DNA from: Mobula hypostoma
Taxonomy: Eukaryota
DNA: 64,000 nucleotides
Assembly: GCF_963921235.1 (NCBI RefSeq)
Contig: NC_086108.1
Location: 92,320,001 to 92,384,000 of the forward strand
Reading direction: 5' to 3'
Numbering within the stretch: the first letter of the stretch is position 1; each line of letters opens with the position of its first letter. The notes beneath the pieces were generated by a model. The model did not search any database and was not told where the DNA came from. It worked only from the letters and a program-made list of their open reading frames with translations. Positions 63,926-64,000 of this stretch are shown piece after piece. The position numbers were made by a program, and so were the translations under genes.

Positions 63926-64000
63926 ATTCTGGCCAACATTTACTCCTCAACCAACATCTGTGGAAAGCAGAATAATCTGGCCAGTCTGTAGTATTTGTAG

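Noticed and set aside
61480..64000. Exons of an upstream neighbour such as TLCD4/TMEM56
   Set aside because: No matching peptide seen; the region is repeats and unassignable sequence.

Overview
Vertebrate nuclear DNA. The repeat families (elasmobranch-type CR1, V-SINEs, Neptune-type Penelope) suggest a cartilaginous fish, probably a ray; this is an inference. One host gene is supported: RWDD3 (RSUME) on the minus strand, with four coding exons at 60823-60751, 57900-57416, 56717-56602 and 56490-56385, giving 259 aa with GT-AG junctions in phase and a CpG-rich promoter. The ~56 kb downstream of it contains no recognisable host gene and is packed with nested retroelements (CR1, Rex1/Babar, RTE, Penelope, SINEs, a Gypsy gag relic) and two MITEs. 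Most notable: (1) a young, near-intact CR1 whose ORF1 ends in U_UUA_AAC_UAG and whose AUG-less ORF2 opens in the -1 frame exactly there, a candidate programmed -1 ribosomal frameshift; (2) a 1.7-kb Penelope palindrome with a perfect 14-bp TSD and an intact minimal hammerhead ribozyme, plus many small fold-back or TSD-flanked Penelope termini that break at the ribozyme; (3) a diverged ~420-bp duplication 37 kb apart; (4) a LINE-derived 59-bp minisatellite. Boundaries of old repeats are approximate and were read by eye.
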